A DNA stretch of 64,000 bases, taken from Kiritimatiellia bacterium (GTDB taxonomy: Bacteria > Verrucomicrobiota > Kiritimatiellia > RFP12 > UBA1067). The notes under the pieces are model-generated. The model did not search any database. It worked only from the letters and a program-made list of their open reading frames with translations, and was not told the origin of the DNA. The stretch covers positions 31,684 to 95,683 of the forward strand of contig JAFQYM010000030.1 in assembly GCA_017406465.1 (NCBI GenBank). Direction: 5' to 3'. This document shows, piece after piece, positions 18,281 through 28,030 of this stretch. A program made the position numbers and the translations under genes. Each line of letters begins with the position of its first letter. Positions within the stretch are counted from its first letter, which is position 1.

Positions 18281-19696
18281 ATGGCCTCGAAAAAGACGTT
18301 CATAAACGACGACTTCCTTCTCACGACAAAGGCGGCTAAGGAACTCTACCACCGCCATGCGGAGAAGATGCCCATCATCGACTACCACTGCCATCTCCCG
18401 CCGGTGGAGATCGCGGAGGACAAGCGCTGGACCGACATCGCGCAGGTCTGGCTTGGCGGTGACCACTACAAGTGGCGCCAGATGCGCTCCAACGGAGTCG
18501 AGGAGCGCTTCTGCACCGGCGACGCGTCCTGGCACGACAAGTTCGTTAAGTTCGCCGAGACGATGGAGCGCCTCGTCCGCAACCCGCTCTTCGACTGGTC
18601 GCACCTCGAGCTCGCCCGCTATTTCGGCGTCACGGAGATATTGAACGCGAAGAGCGCGGAGCGCATCTGGAAGAAGTGCAACGCGAAGCTTGCGGGGAAG
18701 GGCTTTTCCGCGCGCGGACTCATGAAGAAGTCCAACGTCAAGGTCGTGTGCACGACCGACGATCCCGTCGACTCGCTGGAGCACCACCTCGCGATAGCGA
18801 AAAAGCCGTTCTGGACGCAGATCCGCCCCGCGTGGCGCAGCGACAAGGCGTCCAAGATCGAGAACGTCAAGGCGTGGAACGCGTGGATGGACAAGCTCGC
18901 CGCGGCCGCGAAGTCTCCGGTCAAGACGATGGACGACTTCCGCGACGCGATGGCGAAGAGGCATACGTTCTTCGAGAAGGCGGGGTGCGTCGTTTCCGAC
19001 TACGGCATAACCGAGATCTTCGCCGCGCCCTACACCGAGGCGGAGCTCAAGGCGATCTTCAAAAAGGCGCGTGCGGGCAAGTCGGTCACCGCGGCGGAGG
19101 CGCTCAAGTTCAAGAGCGCGTGGCTCTACGAGGGGCTAAAGGCCGACGCCAAGTCGAACTGGACGACCCAGCTCCACTACAACTGCCTGAGGGACAACAA
19201 CACGGCGATGTTCGAGAAGCTCGGGCCCGACACCGGCTTCGACTGCATCGGCGACTGGTCCGTGACCGAGAGCCTCTCGAAGCTCTTCGACCGCCTCGAG
19301 CGTGAAGATTCGCTCCCGCGCTGCATCCTCTACTCTCTCAACCCCAAGGACAACGAGATGCTCGCGACCTTGATGGGATGCTTCCAGAAGGCCCCTGTGC
19401 GCGGGAAGATCCAGCTCGGCGCGGCGTGGTGGTTCCTCGACCAGAAGGACGGGATGCGCCGCCAGCTCGATGTCCTCTCGACGCTCGGCTGCCTTGGCAA
19501 TTTCATCGGGATGCTCACCGACTCGCGCTCGTTCCTCAGCTACACGCGCCACGAGTACTTCCGCCGCCTCCTCTGCCAGAAGCTCGGCGAGGAAGTCAAG
19601 AAGGGTGAGATCCCGAACGACCTGAAGTGGCTCGGCGGCATCGTAGAGGACATCGCGTTCAATAACGCGAACCGCTACTTTGGATTCGGCGCATGA
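18281..19696 (+). CDS. uxaC: Glucuronate isomerase
   Basis: PIIDYHCHL, WLGGDHYKWRQMR, TTDDPVD, GAAWWFLD, GMLTDSRSFLSYTRHEYFRR. Confidence 0.97.
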   Translation: MASKKTFINDDFLLTTKAAKELYHRHAEKMPIIDYHCHLPPVEIAEDKRWTDIAQVWLGGDHYKWRQMRSNGVEERFCTGDASWHDKFVKFAETMERLVRNPLFDWSHLELARYFGVTEILNAKSAERIWKKCNAKLAGKGFSARGLMKKSNVKVVCTTDDPVDSLEHHLAIAKKPFWTQIRPAWRSDKASKIENVKAWNAWMDKLAAAAKSPVKTMDDFRDAMAKRHTFFEKAGCVVSDYGITEIFAAPYTEAELKAIFKKARAGKSVTAAEALKFKSAWLYEGLKADAKSNWTTQLHYNCLRDNNTAMFEKLGPDTGFDCIGDWSVTESLSKLFDRLEREDSLPRCILYSLNPKDNEMLATLMGCFQKAPVRGKIQLGAAWWFLDQKDGMRRQLDVLSTLGCLGNFIGMLTDSRSFLSYTRHEYFRRLLCQKLGEEVKKGEIPNDLKWLGGIVEDIAFNNANRYFGFGA

Positions 19697-21054
19697 TAAT
19701 CAACCCGAGCGACAACGTCGAGATACGGGAGGATGGGCACAAGTACGCACTGCGCGACATTGCGGAGGGCGAGAACGTCATCAAGTACGGCATGCCCATC
19801 GGCCACGCGACCAAGCCCATCGCGAAGGGCGAGCATGTCCACGTCCATAACGTGAAGACGAACCTTGGCGAAGTCCTCGAATACAAATACGAGCCGGACG
19901 AGGCCGCGATCAACGGCTGGAAGACGGTCGAGCCGAAGGAGACTTTCCTCGGCTACCGACATGCCGACGGTTGCGTCGGTATTCGCAACGACATCTGGGT
20001 GATCCCTCTCGTCGGCTGCGTGAACCGCCTCGCCGAGCGCCTCGCGCAGTCGTGCGGCGGTCTTGCGCTGACGCACCCCTACGGCTGCTCGCAGATGGGC
20101 AAGGACCACGAGACGACGGCGAACATGCTCGCGCAGTTCTGCCACCACCCGAACGCGGGCGGAGTCCTGGTCGTCTCTCTCGGCTGCGAGAACAACACGC
20201 TTGAGTCGTTCAAGGCGCGACTTGGCGACTACTCGTCGCTCAACATCCGCTTTATGAGGGCTCAGGACCCTGGCGACGAATATGAGCGCGGGCTTGAGCT
20301 TCTAAAGGAGCTCGACGCGGCGCGTCCGAAGGAACGCGTCGAAGTCTCGGTGCGGGAGCTTGTGGTGGGTCTTAAGTGCGGCGGGTCCGACGGTTTTTCG
20401 GGCCTTACCGCAAATCCGCTCGTCGGGCGTTTTTCTGACTGGCTTGCCGCGCGCGGCGGAGCAACGGTGCTCACCGAGGTGCCGGAGATGTTTGGCGCGG
20501 AGACGCTTTTGATGAAGCGCTGCCGCACGAGGGCGGTCTTCGACAAGTGCGTCAAGATGATCAATGGCTTCAAGGACTACTACGCTTCGCACAACCAGGT
20601 GTGCTACGAGAACCCGAGCCCAGGCAACAAGGCGGGCGGAATCACCACCCTCGAGGACAAGTCGCTCGGCTGCGTCCAGAAGGGCGGCTCGTCGCCGGTC
20701 GAGGACGTCTTGCTCTACGGCGAGAGCGTTAAGGCGCACGGCCTTTCGCTGATGACGGGGCCGGGGAACGACCTTGTCGCGTCTACGGTGCTCGCCGCGG
20801 CTGGCTGCCACCTGATTCTATTCACGACGGGGCGCGGCACTCCCTTCGGGTGTGTCATTCCCACGATGAAGGTGGCGACTAACGACACGCTTGCAAAGAA
20901 CAAGCCCAACTGGATCGACTGGAACGCCATGTCGAACCCCGATGTCGAGGAGTTCGCGAAGAAAGTCCTCGCCGTCGCCTCGGGCGAGAAGGCGAAGAAC
21001 GAGCTTTCCGGTGCCCAAGGCATCGCAATCTTCAAGGACGGCGTTACGCTGTAG
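19693..21054 (+). CDS. uxaA: Altronate dehydratase (UxaA family)
   Basis: SAF domain GHKYA..I..GE.VIKYG; HPNAGG, LGCENN, KCGGSDG.SG.TANP, ENPSPGNKAGG.TTLEDKSLG. Confidence 0.93.
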   Translation: MIINPSDNVEIREDGHKYALRDIAEGENVIKYGMPIGHATKPIAKGEHVHVHNVKTNLGEVLEYKYEPDEAAINGWKTVEPKETFLGYRHADGCVGIRNDIWVIPLVGCVNRLAERLAQSCGGLALTHPYGCSQMGKDHETTANMLAQFCHHPNAGGVLVVSLGCENNTLESFKARLGDYSSLNIRFMRAQDPGDEYERGLELLKELDAARPKERVEVSVRELVVGLKCGGSDGFSGLTANPLVGRFSDWLAARGGATVLTEVPEMFGAETLLMKRCRTRAVFDKCVKMINGFKDYYASHNQVCYENPSPGNKAGGITTLEDKSLGCVQKGGSSPVEDVLLYGESVKAHGLSLMTGPGNDLVASTVLAAAGCHLILFTTGRGTPFGCVIPTMKVATNDTLAKNKPNWIDWNAMSNPDVEEFAKKVLAVASGEKAKNELSGAQGIAIFKDGVTL

Positions 21055-21064
21055 GTGGAATGGG

Positions 21065-22102
21065 ATGAGGGTCTTCGCGCTTCTCTTCCTGGCGTTTTTG
21101 GCGAGTGGCGCATCGGCCATCGACTTTTCCAATCGCTACAGAAGCCCCCGCAACGCCGAGCGGAGAGTGCGAAAGAGCACCGAGCTCATAGTCCTCCACA
21201 CGACCGAGGCGCCGGCCAGAAGCTCGCTCAACAAGCTTTGCGAGCGCGGCGAGGCGCACTACTGCGTGACAGAGGACGGCACGGTCTACCGTATAGTCGA
21301 CCGTGACCGCGTAGCGTTCCACGCGGGCCGCTCGATGTGGAACGGAAAGGAGGACGCAGACGAATTCTCGATAGGCATAGAATGCGTCGGCTATCACGAC
21401 AAGGCGATGGGAATTGTGCAGATCAGGGCGATACGCGATCTCGTCAAGGAGCTGCAGAGGATGTACAGGATTCCCGACGAGCGCGTCGTGTGCCACAGCC
21501 ACGTCGCCTACGGCGCGCCGAACAGGTGGCAGAAGAAGAACCACCGCGGGCGGAAGCGCTGCGGGATGCTCTTCGCAATGCCGTCGGTGCGCGCGCAGCT
21601 CAATCTCGCGAGGCGTCCTGCGAGTGACGCCGACGTGCGCGCGAAGCGGCTCGTCGTGGGAGATGACTACTTGAGGCGAGTCCTCTACGGGAACGTCGAC
21701 ACGATGAAGTCCTCCTACCCGAAGACCCCTTCGCCGTCGCGGGGGCAGGAAGGCGGCGGGCTGCTTGCATGGCTGCGCGGTGATGCGAAGAAGCCAGATA
21801 CGAAAAAGCCCGACGCAGGGAAGACGCAGATATCGGCGAAGGACCCGCCGGAGCAGAAGAAGCTTGTCCCTGCGCCAGTCGCGCCGGTGCCACCGCAAGC
21901 GCCGCCGAAGTCAATAGCCGAGCTCAAGTCCAGGGGCTATGTGTTCAAGGGGTCGGTCACGAAGGGCGTCACTGCGAGCAAAATAGCGGGTGGCCGCTGG
22001 AATTCGAAAGACACTTACTACACCATCCGCAACAAGGTGATACCGGGCGACGCCATCGATCCGGCGCACATCGAGAACGGAATGGGCGTTTGGATGAAGT
22101 GA
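21065..22102 (+). CDS. Secreted N-acetylmuramoyl-L-alanine amidase (Amidase_2) with low-complexity linker and LysM-like C-terminus
   Basis: Signal peptide MRVFALLFLAFLASGASA; VLHTTE, AFHAG, SIGIE, CHSHV...RKRCG. Confidence 0.82.
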   Translation: MRVFALLFLAFLASGASAIDFSNRYRSPRNAERRVRKSTELIVLHTTEAPARSSLNKLCERGEAHYCVTEDGTVYRIVDRDRVAFHAGRSMWNGKEDADEFSIGIECVGYHDKAMGIVQIRAIRDLVKELQRMYRIPDERVVCHSHVAYGAPNRWQKKNHRGRKRCGMLFAMPSVRAQLNLARRPASDADVRAKRLVVGDDYLRRVLYGNVDTMKSSYPKTPSPSRGQEGGGLLAWLRGDAKKPDTKKPDAGKTQISAKDPPEQKKLVPAPVAPVPPQAPPKSIAELKSRGYVFKGSVTKGVTASKIAGGRWNSKDTYYTIRNKVIPGDAIDPAHIENGMGVWMK

Positions 22103-22109
22103 CGCCCCC

Positions 22110-22138
22110 TTGACCTCGCCTGCGTTTTTTAGGATAAT
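22110..22138 (+). promoter_or_regulatory. Sigma70-type promoter for hisS (apparently leaderless)
   Basis: TTGACC, 17-nt spacer, GATAAT; ATG follows 7 nt later. Confidence 0.65.
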
Positions 22139-22145
22139 ACCATAC

Positions 22146-23381
22146 ATGGCAGACAAGATCAGTTTTGAGCCTCCTCGCGGGATGCGCGACTTCTATCCCG
22201 AGGACATGGCTTGGCGCAATCGCGTGTTCGACGCGTTTCGCGCCGCCGGCGAGGCGGCGGGCTTCAGTCAGTATGACGCGTGTGTCGTGGAGAGCTACGA
22301 ACTTCTCGCGCGCAAGGCGGGCGAGGAGGTCGGCGAGCAGATTTACCACTTCCTTGACAAGTCCGAGCGCCATCTTGCCCTTAGGGCCGAGATGACGCCG
22401 ACGCTCGCGCGCATGGTCGCGCAGCGCCAGAAGGAGCTTTCCTTCCCACTCAAGTGGACGACGATCGCGCAGTGCTTCCGCTACGAGCGCATGACGAAGG
22501 GCCGCAAGCGCGAGCACTACCAGTGGAATCTCGACATCATAGGCGAGGATTCGGTGCTTGCCGAGGTCGAGGTCATCGGCGCCGCCTGCGACGCTCTTCG
22601 CCGCATGGGGCTTTCGTCCGCTGATTTCAAGGTACATGTCTCGTCCCGGAAGTTCCTCGGCGAGCTTCTCGCGAAGAGCGGAATCGCCGCGGACCGCCAT
22701 GCTCAGGTGTTCCTCGCTCTCGACAAGCGCGGCAAGATGCCGGACGCCGAAATCGCCGCCATGCTGAAGGACGGCGGCCTTTCCGACGGCGAGATCGAGG
22801 CGACCTTCGCCATCATGGAGACAAAGGACTACTCTGCCTGCCCCGAACTCGTCGAGCTCTTCCGTCTCGCCGGGATCGCCGGCTTCGCGGACTGCCTTGA
22901 ATTTGACATTTCCGTTATCCGCGGCCTTAGCTACTACACTGGCGTCGTCTTTGAGTGCTTTGACACTAAAGGCGAGTTCCGCGCGATCTTCGGTGGCGGT
23001 CGGTACGACAATCTCCTGACGACGATCGGCGGCGAGCCCGCGACTGCGGTGGGCCTCGGGTTCGGCGACGTCGTCGTGACCGAGCTCCTGAAGGCGCGTC
23101 TCGGCGAGGGTGCCGCGACTGCGCGGAAATGGGTCGCCGTCGGCTTCATGTTCCCCGAGCAGCGCGACGCGGCCGTGGCCTTTGCGGCGAAGTTGCGCAA
23201 GGCGGGCGAGAGCGTGAACCTGTCGCTCAGGAGCCAGAAGCCGAAGAAGTTCTTTTCGCATGCGTCCGAGTCTGGTGCCGCCGAGGCCGTGTTCCTCGGG
23301 CCAGACGACGTCGTGCGCGGCATCGTGCGCGTAAAGGATCTTTCGACGCGCGAAGAAAAGGAGGTCTCGCTCGCGCCATGA
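22146..23381 (+). CDS. hisS: Histidine--tRNA ligase
   Basis: PRGMRDFYP, LALRAEMTPTLAR, FRYER..KGRKRE, IRGLSYYTG, GGGRYDNL, AVGLGFG. Start placed at ATG 22146. Confidence 0.96.
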   Translation: MADKISFEPPRGMRDFYPEDMAWRNRVFDAFRAAGEAAGFSQYDACVVESYELLARKAGEEVGEQIYHFLDKSERHLALRAEMTPTLARMVAQRQKELSFPLKWTTIAQCFRYERMTKGRKREHYQWNLDIIGEDSVLAEVEVIGAACDALRRMGLSSADFKVHVSSRKFLGELLAKSGIAADRHAQVFLALDKRGKMPDAEIAAMLKDGGLSDGEIEATFAIMETKDYSACPELVELFRLAGIAGFADCLEFDISVIRGLSYYTGVVFECFDTKGEFRAIFGGGRYDNLLTTIGGEPATAVGLGFGDVVVTELLKARLGEGAATARKWVAVGFMFPEQRDAAVAFAAKLRKAGESVNLSLRSQKPKKFFSHASESGAAEAVFLGPDDVVRGIVRVKDLSTREEKEVSLAP

Positions 23382-24484
23382 AGAAGATGTTTTTAGCGAT
23401 GCTTTGCGCATTCTCGCTTGTCTGCGCCTCTACGGCGGCGGACAAGGCGTCCGAGGCGATAGTGACGCTTCTCAACTCGCGCGCGTCCGGCAGCCGCAGC
23501 GAATTCAAGGAGGCCGCGAAGATTGTCGCCGCGAGCGCGAAGGAGGGGCGTCCGCTGCAGCAGTACGTCATTGCGCTTGTCACCAACGACAGGGACCTTC
23601 CGCGCAAGCTTCGGCTCAAGCCCGAGACGCGCAAGGAGTATCTCGACCAGGCGAGGGACAAGATACGTCGCCTCGCAGAGGAGAAGAACAACGCGCTCGC
23701 ATGGTATCTCCTTTCGCTCGAGACAAACGACATGTCGTTTCTGAAGCGCGCAGCCGACGGCGACAACGTGCAGGCGCTGAACGCGTGGGGCACCATCACA
23801 CTCACGAGCGCGCTTAGGGATCCGTCGATGGAGACGAACGAAGTCGCGCGCACGCTCGTGAAGTGTTTCGGACTTTTCAAGAAAGCGGCAGACAAGGGCG
23901 ATGCGAACGGGCTTTACAACCTCGGCATGTGCTACATGCAGGGATACGGCTGCATGCCAGACGAAGACCTTGCCTACAAATGCTTCCGCACGAGCGCGGA
24001 GGCGGGCCATCCCGAGGCGATAAACAACATTGGCGGGTTCTACCGCGACGGCATAGTCGTCAGGGCCAATCCCGAGACCGCGGCAAAGTGGTTTTCGAAG
24101 AGCGCCGAGCTTGGCAACGCGTACGGCATGTTTAACTACGCTCTTGCGCTGCAGCGCGGCGAGGGTGTGGAGAAGGACGTCGCGAAGGCAATCGAGCTCC
24201 TGAAGGAGGCCTCCGAGCTCGGAAATGCCGAGGCGATGAATGCATACGGCATGTGTTTTTACACTGGTGACGGCGTAGAAAAGAATCCGGCGGAGGCCGT
24301 CAAGTGGTACCGCGCTTCCGCTGCCCGCGGCTTCGCGCCTGCGATGGACAACCTCTCGTCGTGTTATAGCCTCGGCACTGGCGTCAGGAAGGACGAAAAA
24401 GAGAGCCTTGCCTGGAAGGTCCGCGGCATGGCCGCGCGCGGCGACCGCAACGCCGCGGCATGGCTCCAGCAGAACGGCTATTGA
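23378..24484 (+). CDS. Secreted Sel1-repeat protein
   Basis: Signal peptide from ATG 23378 (overlaps the hisS stop). About six Sel1 repeats, e.g. A..NLG.CY..G.G....A..W...A..G. Confidence 0.88.
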   Translation: MKKMFLAMLCAFSLVCASTAADKASEAIVTLLNSRASGSRSEFKEAAKIVAASAKEGRPLQQYVIALVTNDRDLPRKLRLKPETRKEYLDQARDKIRRLAEEKNNALAWYLLSLETNDMSFLKRAADGDNVQALNAWGTITLTSALRDPSMETNEVARTLVKCFGLFKKAADKGDANGLYNLGMCYMQGYGCMPDEDLAYKCFRTSAEAGHPEAINNIGGFYRDGIVVRANPETAAKWFSKSAELGNAYGMFNYALALQRGEGVEKDVAKAIELLKEASELGNAEAMNAYGMCFYTGDGVEKNPAEAVKWYRASAARGFAPAMDNLSSCYSLGTGVRKDEKESLAWKVRGMAARGDRNAAAWLQQNGY

Positions 24485-24490
24485 TCCGGA

Positions 24491-25264
24491 ATGAAGATCT
24501 TGATGATAGGCGATGTCGTCGGCAGCCCCGGCCGGCGGATTCTCGCGAAGGAGCTCAAGCGCCTTAGGCGCGAGCTTTCCCTTGCCGCCGTCGTCGTGAA
24601 CGCCGAGAACTGCGCGGCGGGCTCGGGCCTTACCGCGGCGCTCGCGAAGGAGATTCTCGATTCCGGCGCCGATGCGATCACGCTAGGCGACCACACCTGG
24701 GGGCAGAAGGAGTTTGCCGGGCAGGTCGGCTCTCTTGAGCGCGTCGTAAGACCTGCGAACTTCGCGCCCGAATGTCCTGGCCGCGGATGGACGCTCGTAA
24801 CCGCGCCGACGTTCCAGTTTGCCGTCGTCAACGTGCAGGGGCGTGTCTTCATGCAGGCCGTCGACTGTCCGTTCAAGGCGATCGACCGAGTCCTCGCCGA
24901 GATTCCGAAGAACGTTTCCGTGTTCGTCGACTTCCACGCCGAGGCGACGAGCGAGAAGATGACGATGGCGCACTACGTCGACGGACGTGTGACTGCGCTC
25001 GTCGGCACGCACACGCATGTCCAGACGTCGGACGCGCGGCTTCTCCCGAAGGGGACGGCGTACATCACCGACCTCGGCATGACGGGTCCCTATATTTCTT
25101 CGATAGGGCGCGACCTCGCTCCCGTCACGAAGAAGTTCATAACGGGGATTCCCGCGCGCTTCGAAGTCGCGGAAGGCCCTTGCGTCCTCGAAGGCGCGAT
25201 AGTCGACTTCGATCCGGCGACTAAGAAGGCCGCATCGATAGAGGCATTCAGGATTCGCGAGTGA
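24491..25264 (+). CDS. YmdB/TIGR00282 metallophosphoesterase
   Basis: IGDVVGSPG, VNAEN, TLGDH, RPANF, DFHAEATSEK, VGTHTHVQT, TDLGMTGP. Confidence 0.93.
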   Translation: MKILMIGDVVGSPGRRILAKELKRLRRELSLAAVVVNAENCAAGSGLTAALAKEILDSGADAITLGDHTWGQKEFAGQVGSLERVVRPANFAPECPGRGWTLVTAPTFQFAVVNVQGRVFMQAVDCPFKAIDRVLAEIPKNVSVFVDFHAEATSEKMTMAHYVDGRVTALVGTHTHVQTSDARLLPKGTAYITDLGMTGPYISSIGRDLAPVTKKFITGIPARFEVAEGPCVLEGAIVDFDPATKKAASIEAFRIRE

Positions 25265-25265
25265 G

Positions 25266-26099
25266 ATGGGCGGCCTCGTCGAGAACCTGAAGCGCCGAGC
25301 GGAGATCATTCGAGCCGTCCGCGCGTTCTTCGACAATCGCGGCTTCACGGAAGTATCGACGCCTGTCTTGATTTCCGCGCCCGCGCCCGAGCCGCACATC
25401 GACTGTCCGCCGTGCGGCAGGGGGTATCTCCGCGCGTCGCCAGAGCTCCAGATGAAGAAGCTTCTTGCAGCGGGGATGGCCAGGATATACCAGATCGGGC
25501 CGTGCTTCCGCGACGGCGAGCTCGGCGCGAGGCACAACCCAGAGTTCACGATGATAGAGTGGTATCGCCTCGGCGCGACTTATCTCGATATCGCCGCCGA
25601 CGCGGAATCGCTGTTTCGCGAGATTATGCCCGGATGCGGCAAGGTGGAGCGGATTACGGTGCGCGAGGCGTACTTGAATTTGGCGGGATGGGATCCATGG
25701 GTTGAATGGGACCAGGACCGTTTCGACTGCGACATGGCGACGAAGATAGAGCCGAATCTGCCTAAGGGGCTTGTGTTCCTCATGGACTATCCGAAGGAGG
25801 CGGCATCGCTCGCGCGGCTTCGCGGCGATGTCGCAGAACGATGGGAGCTTTATTTCGGCGGCGTCGAACTCGCGAACTGCTTCACGGAACTTTGCGACGG
25901 AGAGGAGCAGAAGAAACGCTTTCTCGCGGCGAAGGACGAGAGGAGGCGTCTCGGGGAAAGCGACTACCCGATAGACGGAGAGTTCCTTGATCTGCTGCCG
26001 CTCGTCGTAAGCGCGGCTGGCGTTGCGCTTGGCATCGATCGGCTTGTCGCGCTTGCGCTCGGCGAGACCGACATCCACGCCGTCATGTGCGGCGAGTGA
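25266..26099 (+). CDS. epmA: EF-P lysine aminoacylase EpmA (GenX/PoxA)
   Basis: LRASPELQMKKLL, FRDGE.G.RHNPEFTMIEWY, ERWELY..GVELAN.F.EL, GVALGIDRL; lacks an anticodon-binding domain. Confidence 0.9.
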   Translation: MGGLVENLKRRAEIIRAVRAFFDNRGFTEVSTPVLISAPAPEPHIDCPPCGRGYLRASPELQMKKLLAAGMARIYQIGPCFRDGELGARHNPEFTMIEWYRLGATYLDIAADAESLFREIMPGCGKVERITVREAYLNLAGWDPWVEWDQDRFDCDMATKIEPNLPKGLVFLMDYPKEAASLARLRGDVAERWELYFGGVELANCFTELCDGEEQKKRFLAAKDERRRLGESDYPIDGEFLDLLPLVVSAAGVALGIDRLVALALGETDIHAVMCGE

Positions 26100-26102
26100 A
26101 TA

Positions 26103-26111
26103 TGATATAAT
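26103..26111 (+). promoter_or_regulatory. Extended -10 for proB
   Basis: TGATATAAT; ATG follows 10 nt later with no SD. Confidence 0.65.
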
Positions 26112-26121
26112 ATCGCAACTT

Positions 26122-26880
26122 ATGAGAATCGTAGTGAAAGTTGGCACGCATGCGATTGCGAACAAGGCCGGGAAGCCCGACCACGCGGCGCTTAAGCGTC
26201 TTGTCGCGCAGTTGAGCTCCCTTAGGAAGTCCGGGCACGAGGTGTTCTTCGTTTCGTCGGGCGCAGTCGCCGCAGGCGTCGAAGCTCTCGGGCTCAAGTC
26301 TAGGCCTGCGGACGTGAACGATGTCCAGATGTGCGCGGCCGTCGGGCAGGCGCGGTTCATCTACGAGTACGAGCGGCTTTTCGCCAGCCACGGCGTGAAG
26401 ATCGGCCAGGTGCTTCTCACGCATTTCGACTTCGAGAACCACCACCGCGCGCAGAACGTCAGGAAGTCTCTCGACCACCTCGTGCGCTCGGGGATCGTGC
26501 CGATCATAAACGAGAACGACGTCGTCGCGGACGAGGAACTCAAGGGAAAGACCTTCGGCGACAACGACTGGCTGTCGTTCCTCATTGCGCGGCTCGTCAA
26601 GGCCGATGCGCTTGTCCTTCTTACGACCGTCGACGGTCTTCTCGACGCGCAGGGCAAGAAGATCCCGCGAGTCGATAGCTTCCGCAACATCGCGCGGCTT
26701 GTGCGTGCCGGCGAGAAGGGCTCGCTTTCCAAGGGCGGCATGGACTCCAAGCTCAAGGCGGTCAAGGCCGCAGTCTCGTCCGGGATCGACACTTACGTCG
26801 CAAACGGGCGCAAGAGCGTGCTTGCGCCGCTTCTCGCGGGGAAGCCCGTAGGGACATTCTTCCCCGGCTCGGCATTGTAA
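26122..26880 (+). CDS. proB: Glutamate 5-kinase (no PUA domain)
   Basis: IVVKVGT, VSSGAVAAG, AAVGQ, VPIINEND, FGDNDWLS, GGMDSKLKA. Confidence 0.93.
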   Translation: MRIVVKVGTHAIANKAGKPDHAALKRLVAQLSSLRKSGHEVFFVSSGAVAAGVEALGLKSRPADVNDVQMCAAVGQARFIYEYERLFASHGVKIGQVLLTHFDFENHHRAQNVRKSLDHLVRSGIVPIINENDVVADEELKGKTFGDNDWLSFLIARLVKADALVLLTTVDGLLDAQGKKIPRVDSFRNIARLVRAGEKGSLSKGGMDSKLKAVKAAVSSGIDTYVANGRKSVLAPLLAGKPVGTFFPGSAL

Positions 26881-26899
26881 TCCGCTTCGAGGTGTCGAC

Positions 26900-27232
26900 A
26901 TGACGCTCAGGCTCAACGGAATAGACGTCGACTGCGTTATCGGGGAACGCCCCGACGAGCGCACCCGGCTTCAGACGCTTCGCGTCGACGTAGAGCTTGA
27001 GATCCCAGACGACGCGGCAGAGACAGATTTGCTCGCCGACACCGTGGACTATGCGGCGCTGACGGAGAGGATCCGCGCCGCGCTTGCGTCTGCGAAGTGC
27101 CGCATGATCGAGCGCGCGGCGAAGATTGTGAAGGACGTCTGTCTCTCCGACGCGAAAGTGCGCGCGGCGAAGGTCTCTATCACGAAATCCGGCGCGGTTC
27201 CGCATCTCGAGTCGGCTCAGGCGGTCCTGTGA
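26900..27232 (+). CDS. folB: Dihydroneopterin aldolase
   Basis: CVIG..P.ER...Q.L.VDVEL, D.LADTVDY, MIE..A, V.ITK. Confidence 0.85.
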   Translation: MTLRLNGIDVDCVIGERPDERTRLQTLRVDVELEIPDDAAETDLLADTVDYAALTERIRAALASAKCRMIERAAKIVKDVCLSDAKVRAAKVSITKSGAVPHLESAQAVL

Positions 27233-27251
27233 ACTTGGCTGGAGGACGACG

Positions 27252-27866
27252 ATGAAGATCAGTGCAGTGGTCTTTGACTTTGGCGGCGTGATGACGACTT
27301 CGACGATGCCGCAGCGCGTGATCGCGCTGGCGAAGGAGAAGGGCATCGACTGGAACGTGTTTGTCGACGGGTTCAACGCGCACCGCCTCGACTACGACGC
27401 CGGGCACATCACGCTTGGCGAGATGTATGCGCTTATCTGGGGCGACGCGGGGCTTTCCGTCCCGGACGAGACGACTGCCGCGTTCATGAAGGCGGACGAC
27501 GAAAGCTGGTGCTACCGCAACGAGAGGACGCTTGAGTGGATGAAGGCGCTTAAAGGGCGCGGCTTCAAGATCGGCATCCTCACGAACATGGCACCCAAGT
27601 TCGCTCGCGAGCATTTCAGGTCACGCTTCGCGGACTTCATCGCGCTTGCCGACGCGATGGTAATCTCGGGCGACGAGGGGATCGTGAAGCCGCAGAGGGA
27701 GATCTACGATCTCCTTCGCTCGCGCATTGGCCTTCCCGCCGAGGAGCTTTGCTTCATCGACGACGTCGAGAAGAACGTCAACGGCTCTCGCGCGGCCGGC
27801 TGGAACGCCATCCGCTTCGCCACAAACGACCAGGTCGAGGCAGACTTCGAAAAGTTCATCCTCTAA
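27252..27866 (+). CDS. HAD-IA family phosphatase (YihX-like)
   Basis: VVFDFGGV, ILTN, SGDEGIVKP..EIY, FIDD...NV. Confidence 0.88.
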   Translation: MKISAVVFDFGGVMTTSTMPQRVIALAKEKGIDWNVFVDGFNAHRLDYDAGHITLGEMYALIWGDAGLSVPDETTAAFMKADDESWCYRNERTLEWMKALKGRGFKIGILTNMAPKFAREHFRSRFADFIALADAMVISGDEGIVKPQREIYDLLRSRIGLPAEELCFIDDVEKNVNGSRAAGWNAIRFATNDQVEADFEKFIL

Positions 27867-27996
27867 TCCCATTCATGCCGTCGTCCCATTGGCGTTAGCT
27901 TTAGGGGCTTGATGGCTTTGCTGTGGTGAACTGCTGTGGACCGACTCCGCGAAAGCCTTGTGTCAAGGTGAAAACGCGCGGAAACGGCGGTGGATA

Positions 27997-28005
27997 TGGT
28001 ATAAT
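27997..28005 (+). promoter_or_regulatory. Extended -10 for the GspG-GH2 fusion gene
   Basis: TGGTATAAT, then SD AGGAGG, then ATG 28031. Confidence 0.65.
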
Positions 28006-28030
28006 ACCTACATCACAAGGAGGAGATTGT

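Noticed and set aside
27867-27996. Intergenic region with TCCCATT and GCTGTGG pairs and a small CCTTG/CAAGG hairpin
   Set aside because: Repeats are too short and degenerate to support a ncRNA or element call.
27923-28030. Upstream GTG start (27923) for the GspG-GH2 gene
   Set aside because: TGGTATAAT and SD AGGAGG lie inside that extension and point to ATG 28031.
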